DNA of 63,079 nucleotides, filler included, from Welwitschia mirabilis (lineage: Eukaryota): the NCBI GenBank assembly GCA_051453625.1. It is 3 parts of one record of this genome, joined end to end, with 100 filler letters (N's around TTAATTAATTAA, not from the genome) between each part and the next. Parts side by side here need not be neighbours in the genome. Positions count along the whole stretch, not along the records: positions 31,202 to 63,079 come from JBOZIK010000001.1; 2 more parts are not named here. One strand, written 5' to 3'. Within the stretch, counting starts at the first letter, position 1. Every line of letters begins with the position of its first letter. Shown in pieces: positions 54,771 through 63,079 of the stretch. The notes beneath the pieces were generated by a model that had not been told where the DNA came from, searched no databases, and saw only the letters and a program-made list of their open reading frames with translations. The translations under genes were made by a program, and so were the position numbers.

Positions 54771-56433
54771 CTAGCTAATTTTATTTGATACTTTAAAAGC
54801 TGTTTGAATTAATAAAATTTTCAAGTCGTCAGCTCTTACTCACTTAATCCATTTGAACTATTGTGGTACACATTCCCTTGGAATAAATTTAAATTGAAAA
54901 GTACTAATATAATTGAAAAGAACATTAACCTTTTAGCATTACAAAATAATTTAGAATAACCTATATTTTCATAAAAATAACACATAATTTTGACACATAA
55001 TTATTTTATCATGTTATCTGATTCAATTGATTTTATGGTTTTTGAGAGATGAATCTAATACCTTTATTATTATGGTCTTCATATCCTAAGCATTTATTTC
55101 AATTTACTTAAACTATTTGAAAATTTATTTACAAAGTGAAATAAGCTTTTTACCTCTTAATTAATCTTGGAATTTTTTGTTTGAACCATTTTGTACTTTA
55201 TCAACTGCTTCTTTTATTTGATCAGAATCTTTACTATCTTATTTAGATTATTGATTCATTTTGCCAAATTTTTACATTCTGAATAAAGCTCTTAATAGGT
55301 ATCTTCTAGTTTTCCTTCATCGTATTTAATAAGATCTAGATCATTTAGCTTTGTTCAATAAGACATGTTGTTTATGGAAGGGACTATTACCATGAAATAC
55401 ATTCTTTGGTCTCTATTTGATTCTTGGCTTGAGCTACTATCATCTTCTTCCTCTACATTATCTCATGTGGTAATAGAAGATGATGTTTTTGATTTCCTTT
55501 GATCTCATATTTTGTTTGAAAATTTATTTGTAACATGTTCATATCCCTTAGAAGCATAGCATTGGATCTTCTTTCCTTCTTTTAGATCTCTTCTTAGTTT
55601 TAAATGGCCACTCTTTGATCCATTACTTGGTTTAACTTCTTTCTTTCTTTCTTTTATGTAAGACTTTTTTAAATATTCTTGCCAAAAGAGAAACCTCATT
55701 TCCTTCAAAGTCTTCATCTAATTTGTTAAATTTGGCTTCTTCCTACATACTTTTGAATGCAAGACTTTTCTTTTTATCTTTATAAAACTTTAACTCATAA
55801 GTTTGAAGATGATCTTGAAGTTTCTTAGGCACCATTTGATTGATGTCCTTGCTTTCCTTGATGGTGGTAATCTTTGTCTTAAAGCGTTTTGGAAGAGATC
55901 TTAGAACATTTTATTAACCTTTACTTTATCCATTTTCTCGTCTGGAATTACTATAGAGTTTATAATATCTATCAGTCTAGTAAAGAACTCTTGTAGAGTC
56001 TTCTCTTCTTCCATGTGAATATCTTCAAACTTGAAAATAAGCATTTGCAGGTTTGCCTACTTTATAATAGATATTTCTTTATGTGCTATTTAAATAATTT
56101 CCCAAGCTTCTTTGGTATATTCACAGTTCATAATCCACATGAATTCATCTATAAATACTGCAAAAAAAGTAGCATTAAGATCATGGGCATCTAGGGTAGT
56201 TTTGGCTTTGTCAATAGGAGTTCATTGGTCTCAATATTTTTCTACGACTATGGTCATTCCATTACTATCAGTTTTGAATAGTGTGAGCATAATTTATCCA
56301 TTATAGATTACCTTTTCTATGTCTACATTTAAGAATCTAAGAAATATCTCATATGGGCCATCCAATAGGCATAGATTATCCCATCAAACATTTGGGGTTT
56401 TTGATAAAAAAAGCCATTTAAAGGATCACTCAT
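54771..56433 (-). pseudogene. B gag, decayed
   Basis: Start MSDPLNGFFIKKPQMFDG. Degenerate knuckle CYASKGYEHVTNKF. Homologous to G gag. Confidence 0.85.
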
Positions 56434-56485
56434 AGTTAAGTTTCAGAAGCATAGATTTATTAGGATCTACTAATGACTCAATCTA

Positions 56486-56497
56486 GCTTTGATACCA
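56486..56497 (-). promoter_or_regulatory. PBS of B (tRNA-iMet)
   Basis: TGGTATCAAAGC on the minus strand, 2 nt from the LTR. Confidence 0.9.
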
Positions 56498-56499
56498 AA

Positions 56500-57757
56500 T
56501 GAAAGATTTAGAATTCTAAAGGAGGGAATGAATAGGATTTAAAAAAAAAATAAATTCAAAAGCTATCTCTACAAGTATTGAATACTAAATATATTTGTGC
56601 ATATGAAATACCAAAAATATGATCTAAAAGAAAACTAATTAAAAGCACAAAATACCAATGGATATAGACACATGATTATAGTGATTTAAAAAACCCCCTA
56701 CTCCACTCTTAGTGATTAGATTCTACTCAAGACTAATCTAGATCTTTGTTATTCACTTTCTAGGTATTTCAGGTTCACCTATAATCTTTTACAATAGGAC
56801 TTTTTACAGGCTCAGTCTCAACCTTTATAGAGAATGATTTGTAGTATCAATAGTAGGCTCTAATGCATAGGATTTACTAGATATGAAGTACAATAGTAAT
56901 GGTGCTATACTATTTGAAATGATATCACAAATTTACATACGTATAGTGCAAATTGATTGACCAAATGACTAATAATAAAAAGATATTCATTTGACTTTGG
57001 TTAGGTAGAAGATGTATCACAATATTTTAAAATGATTTTAATATCTAATAATTATATAAGAGATGCATTTTAAAATTTTACAAGTAAATCCAATTCTCTA
57101 ATGAATAAAAATAAGAGATCAATAGCTAGAAAAATCCTGTTTCTATCATAATTAGTTAACCCCTTAAAATGTCTGATTAACTTCATTAAGTACCATTACT
57201 AAAGTCAGTTGCTCCCATTGTCTTTCAGTTAATCTACTTTATTTATGTCTTCATGTCTAGTTGATCCAATTTAGGATCCAGTTAATCACATTTCTAGTTA
57301 ACCACATTTTGGTTCGGTCAATTCCATGTGAAGAAAAGTGTAGAACAACATTTTTAGCCTAGATGCGATTAAACCCTAAAGAATCTAGTTAACCCCTTGA
57401 TGATAAAAGATGAAAACATTTTTACTCTAGATATGATTAACACTTTAGGAATCCGATTGACCCCTTGATGATTAGATGTGAAAAATTTATTATACAAGTC
57501 CAGTCAACCCTTTAGAAATCTAGTTAACCCCTTAGTAATCTATTTTTAATACTTATTGGTACAAGTTTAATTGATTCCTTAGGAATCTAGTCAATTCCTT
57601 TAAGAGATCATAACTTATTAAGTTCAAGTAAGATTGGTGACAAATGTTCGCTGCTTCTGACTTGTAAGGATTAATATTCTATATAAGAAATACACACATA
57701 TTTTTCTATACTAGAAAATGTAATTTTGACATCAACTTAGTAAATTATAACCTAACA
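56500..57757 (-). repeat. 5' LTR of B
   Basis: TG...CA ends. Homologous to 6373-8159. Confidence 0.9.
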
Positions 57758-60577
57758 TATTGAAGTCCAAGCTTTTAATGCAATAGAGAAAGATACGAAT
57801 GATTCAACAAAGAAGAGCTTAGTGAAGACATTAGATTAATCATGTCTATAGCACATTACTTACTTCAATTGCAAACTCTTACACATGAAAAACCTATACT
57901 TTTTGATGATATAAAAGAGCTTTCAACCATCATAGAAAGCCTTAATTCACTTAATCATAATAAGATTGATAATGAAATGTCACAACTCATAGAAAAGCAT
58001 TTAATAACATTACACTATAAGATATAAAAAAGGTAAAAACTATGCAGTCAACTTTACATGAAGATATGATGGAGATCACTGTAGTTTACTTGAAGAATCT
58101 TAGAAAGGAATGAAAGTATATTTTTATCAATAATGACCCTAGAAATTCCTTGACCATTAATAGATATTTCTATTCTAAAGAAAAAGAGCCTTTGATGTTA
58201 CTTCTTACATTTAAATAAAAATCCTTTGCATGGAGTCATAAAGATTTAATCCTCATTCCATCACATGTAGTTCAACATAATATATATCTTAAAAATAATG
58301 CAAAACCAATTATTCAACCACATAAACACTTCAATTTAGCATTAAAGTGGTAAAAAGAAGATCATAAAGTGTTTAGATGCTAACATCATTTACCCTATAA
58401 GATATGATGAGTGGGTTAGCCCATTAATAATATTACTAATAAATATTGTAAATGGAGGGTGTGCATATATTTTTGTAAGCTCAATGAAGTTACTAAAAAT
58501 ATTATTATTCTCTCTCTTTTCTTAATTAAGTTTTAGATAGAATATAAGGATATGCTTGGTACTATCTTCTTGATGGTCACAATGAATACAATCAAGTATG
58601 TACTATAAACGAGGATAAATCAAAAATTGCCTTATTCATTTGATAGTTATGTTTTTAAGAGTATTCCTTTCATTTTATGCAATGCTGTAGCTATCTTTTA
58701 ACACAAAATGATTAGTATCTTTAGTGATTTTGTAGAAAACCCAATTGAAAGTTTTATGGATGATTTTTCAGTCCATGGATATTCGTTTGATAAAATGTTA
58801 TATCAATTAGCATAAGTCCTATATAGGTGTATCAAAAATGGGCCTCAACTTAGTTGGAAAAATAACCATTTCACGATCAATAATGGTATAGTATTAGGAC
58901 ATCATATCTCCATAGAAGACATTCTAATGGATTTATAAAAGTTAATGTTATTAGAAAAGATCCACTTTCCATCAATGTAAAGCAACTTTGATTCTTTCTC
59001 GGATATGGATTATATCATACATTCATAGAAGACTATGCAAAAATTTGCAAACTACTTAATCATTTGTTAGAGAAATATGTCAAGTATGAGTGAAATGATG
59101 ATTGTCAATAAGCCTTTGAGAATCTCAAGAATGCTATCACTAGTGAACCCATTATGAGTGGATCTGATAGGAACAAAGATTTTGAATTGATGTATGATGC
59201 TAATAATCCTTCTATAAGTGGTGTGTTAGGCTAAAAACATGAAAACGGCCTAAAAATAATAAGTTACATTAGTAAAACTCTTTCAAGTGCTCAATTGAAC
59301 TATACAAATACTAAAAATGAAATTTTAGCAATCATCCTTTATTTGGATAAAATTAGGCATTACCTTCTTAGTTTTAACATTAATGTCTATACTAACCATG
59401 TTGTTATTCGATACTCACTATCAAAGAAAGAATATGATACTCAATTGATAAGATGAATACTTTTATTGCAAGAGTTTAACTTAACTATAGTGGATAAAGT
59501 AGGAAAACAAAATCAAGTTACTGGCTATCTTTTTAGAATCCCTTCACAACAACATCCACTCTTTTACTATTTTAATTACACCATCTATTATGATTTTTAT
59601 AATGAACAACTTTTTATGGTTAAGTAGTTTATGAAGTATCTTTAAAGAAACATACTCCTTGATATGTAGATATTGTGAGTTATTTAGTTACCCTCAAGAC
59701 ACCATTAAATTAAACAAGCAATAAACAAAAGTCCTTTCTTCATGGGATAGGTAACTATGAATGCATTGAATCACACTTGTGTAGGTAATGTAAGGATCAA
59801 ATTATGCACAAGTTTATTTCTAATTGGGAAAAAAAGGATATCCTCTTTCTATGTCATGATGGAATATGTGGTAGCTACTTTAGCAGTCCAAAGATTACCA
59901 TAAAAATCATACATTCTAGTTTTTACTGACCTCTTTCTCAATCATATATAAGATATGTGCCTTACACCTATCATTAAATGCGAACCATTTTATTTGTAAG
60001 TCATATATTTTATTGGGCATCTCAAACTCCTCTCATATGAAAAGAACTATATCTTAGCAGTAGTGAATTATGTTACAAAGTAGGTTAAAGACATACCTAC
60101 ATAAGCTTGTGATGTAAAACCCATTTGTAATTTCCTTAGATCTAATATCTTTTAAAGGTTTGAATTTCCTAGAATTCCTATTTCTAACCAATTACTCATG
60201 TTATTAATAGAATTATGAAGAAATGTTTACTTTTAGTAGCAATTAAAAATAGAGTTACTAACACCTACCATCCCCAAATAAATTAGTAGGATAAAGAGGC
60301 TAATTGTAAGATCAATAAATTGCTCTTGAAACTTTGTCACGAATCTAAGAAATATTGGATACTTTATCTTAATAATGTTATTTGGGTATATCAAATGAAT
60401 TGACATAATTTCTTAGGTTTTTCTCCTTATGAACTTATCTATGATAAAACATGTATGTTTCTAGTTAATATGTGTTATAATTCCCATAAAATAATTCATT
60501 AACTTAACCTTGTTTTTAGTGATGATAATATTCAAGCATACCTTATTCAATTAAATCTTATTGATGAGAAAAGGACC
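57758..60577 (+). pseudogene. Element A, right part: Gypsy RT, RNase H and integrase, decayed
   Basis: WVSP (~58412), FMDDFSV (~58754), RNase H YDAN and AQLNYT, integrase YHPQIN (~60266). RT-RH-INT order. Confidence 0.9.
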
Positions 60578-61925
60578 TATTGCAGTGTGAATTTATGCAA
60601 TCTTGAAGTCCATAGGTAAACCTGTAAATCATATAACTTGCAAAAAGACACACGCTAGTATAGACGAGAGTTTACCTAAATGTCGTAATCCCAATAAAGG
60701 CATTAGGCTCAAAGTTAAAGAATTGATTTGCAAAGGTAGTTTTTGGTATTTTATCTTTTACTAACTAAAAGTAAATAATAAAGTAAATGCAATGCAAGAT
60801 AAATGAAGATGCAATGAAAACGAATGGAAATGGAAATGTGATTCTACTTAGATCCTAATCCTTCTATTACAAGGACTAGCTTCTAGCCTTTCTATCACAA
60901 AGACTATCTTTTCTATAATTTACATCAATCAAGAAGAGTATCTACTAATTCGTAATTAACATAAACCATTAGATCTACCAAGTAAAATATGCAATATGGA
61001 ATATGAATGAAATAGAAATGCAATGCAAACCTATTACTAACCAAGGTCAACCTTAATAAAGGTTGGCCTCATGATCTAATAAATCACAGAATTATTACTT
61101 AACTATGATCAACTTAAAGCACAAGAGACATTCACAGAATTGAGATAAAAGATTAATTATATTAATCAAAGGAACTTTACATCCACTTACAACAAAATAA
61201 CAGCTCCTCAATGAAAGAGACACAACCTAACAGCAAGGAAACCCCTTTCTGCAGCTATGGGATGGACCTTCTACCTTCAAGCTTCTGTCATAAGCATATC
61301 AAGTACAATTTACTGCCGTAGTGTAAAAACAGTTATCGTCCCATCCGTCGTTCACACGACAGTAGGGACGACGTCGCCTTCTTACCTTGGGTTGTATGGC
61401 CATGTGGTACCATTAGCTCCATGGTTTGCCTGTGCATGTTACTAAGGCTGTCTTCTTGTCTGTCATCCACACGACATAGGGGACGACACCTTAGACTGTG
61501 TGTCCATATGCTATCATTAGCTGCTTGGGTTGTCCTCGCATTCATCATCCTTTCTATCATCTAGACGACCAAGGGGATGATGTCCTACCATCATGTGCTG
61601 CTGTTCAAGTGTTGCGCATGAGCTGTTCCTGTGTAGTTGTGTTTATGATTTGTTTTCCCCTCTGTCGTTTGAACAATAATGGGGACGACGCTTTTCCTAA
61701 GCTCCTCAAATAGCGTAAATTGTCTTCTTTACCTTTAGTCCTTCTTTATTATGCTAGGTATTAGATTATGCCTGAAATACCTCTAATTATGCCAAGAATT
61801 ACATGTTTTTATGTATCATCTTGTCGTCTCTCCATAATCAGTAGAATTATATCTAAACCTATATAAATGTCCTGCAAAAGTACTCCAAATACACCATCAA
61901 ATTCCTACAAATTGGCATCGCAACA
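60578..61925 (-). mobile_element. Solo Athila-like LTR
   Basis: T(A)TTGCA...CGCAACA terminal inverted ends. Similar layout to the E, H and C LTRs. No PBS, PPT or TSD adjacent. Confidence 0.75.
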
Positions 61926-62640
61926 GCAATCCTTTAACATATACCATCAAAACATCTTAATTGTCTCAGGAGTATTTAGTTTCCATAATTTATTCCATCT
62001 ATAGTCATAATCAAATAAATTATGACATTTTGAATAGGAAGAGTTTGATTTTCAATAATCTAGGGTTAGATCTCTTTGGTGGAGTGAACCATGTGTCTTC
62101 AAATAGTGGAGTGCCTTTATTTATATCCATATTCCTCTTTAAAAAATTTTATCCAAAAAATTCTATTGTTTGATAAGAACCTATAATTATGCTTTGCAAG
62201 AATGCATTTACTCATGTCCATAGTTTTTCTAATTGTAAGGTTACCAGCTTTTTTTGGCATAACTATCTAATCAAAGTTTATAAGATGTAATCTCTCATAT
62301 GATTTATCACCTGATCAAATGAAATATTTAATAATATTATCTATCAAGTTGGCATACTTATTGAATATAGGAAAGTAACTGGTAGGATAAATGGTCATGC
62401 TTACTAGACAAGATTTGGCAAGGAGGATTTTCACTAGACTTGATAGGAATCTGTGTTCCCATCGAGTTAATCAAGCTATACTTTTCTTACTAAGGGAGGC
62501 CAATTATTATTAGCAATATGAGTAGTATTAAAAGAAAGATCAAGATAAACATCAAGGAATTGTTCTTATGAACATTGAAAGATATTCAAGATATCTGCTT
62601 TCCTTTTCTGAGAAGACCTTTCTTCCTTTTAAACTCTTTA
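61926..62640 (-). mobile_element. L1-clade LINE ORF2 fragment (RT C-terminus to zf-RVT)
   Basis: Minus strand IGLPL, RWEHRFLSSLVKILLAKSCLVSMTIY (compare WKGKLLSxAGRLTLIKSVLxSIPIY) and WNKLWKLNTPETIKMF*WYMLKDC. Confidence 0.8.
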
Positions 62641-63079
62641 TCCCTTTTACGGTAATAATTATTTGTGAAGCCTTATCACCTAGCGATTTTTCATAGGAAT
62701 TTCTTTTTACTTTATGCACTATTTTAGGCATTTTGCATTACACATTTTTTTGTCAACATTGATTTGCATTATTTATCTTTCCCTTATTCTAATTTTAATA
62801 AAATAACATGAAACGAAGCATATTAAATTATTTTTAAAATATGTATTTATTTTTTCTTATCTATTTAAAATTTGAGAATAAAGTTCAATTTTGGTTTGGG
62901 GTAATGACATTTGCACTTAAAAACTATTTTTAATGCCTTTTTTTTTTTAAAAAAAGCCAAAATTTTCAAAGTCTTTATCATTTTCACATTATGCTTGAGA
63001 GTTTTTACTTAGAAATTATTCCATGTTAGTCATTCTTTATCACACATTTTTCTAAGGAACTAGAAAAAGATTAGTTGAA

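Larger units (their letters stand above)
6373..57757 (-). mobile_element. Element B: Sirevirus(SIRE)-like Ty1/Copia LTR retrotransposon, expanded by nested insertions
   Basis: Homologous LTRs at 6373-8159 and 56500-57757, PBS at 56486-56497 and PPT at ~8161. gag-PR-INT-RT-RH lie in three pieces, plus an env-like ORF. The element A frame joins across it (KKS|IEVQAFNAIEK). TSD degraded. Confidence 0.85.

Noticed and set aside
61257..61713. Overlapping short ORFs as a captured gene
   Set aside because: Explained by the GC-richer hairpin region of the solo LTR.

Overview
AT-rich plant nuclear DNA from a gapped scaffold. Almost everything from ~3.7 kb onward is a nest of decayed retrotransposons, with no intact long ORF; the long ORFs in the track are runs of N. 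The reconstruction from LTR ends, primer-binding sites (PBS), polypurine tracts (PPT), target-site duplications (TSD) and continuity of interrupted reading frames is as follows. An Athila-like Gypsy element A (+; ~5.2-6.37 kb and 57.76-60.58 kb) is split by a Sirevirus-like Copia B (-; 6373-57757). B contains Athila-like H (9672-12300), Athila-like C (14498-42937) and a B-family copy G (44693-54770). C contains Sirevirus-like D (+; 21289-30075) and an inverted relative F (+; 32706-38943), and F is interrupted by E (LTR 31494-32705). A solo Athila-like LTR (60578-61925) and an L1 LINE fragment (61926-~62640) end the window. The first ~1.8 kb looks like unique host DNA, with three candidate small exons including a possible 10-nt microexon. 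I see no clearly new biological system. The most notable signals are the candidate microexon with a possible giant TE-filled intron, a recurring ~40-nt hairpin module in the Athila-like family, family-specific CpG-centred palindromes, extra ORFs beside the 3' LTRs, and strong C>T/G>A erosion. All alignments were done by eye and internal boundaries are approximate.
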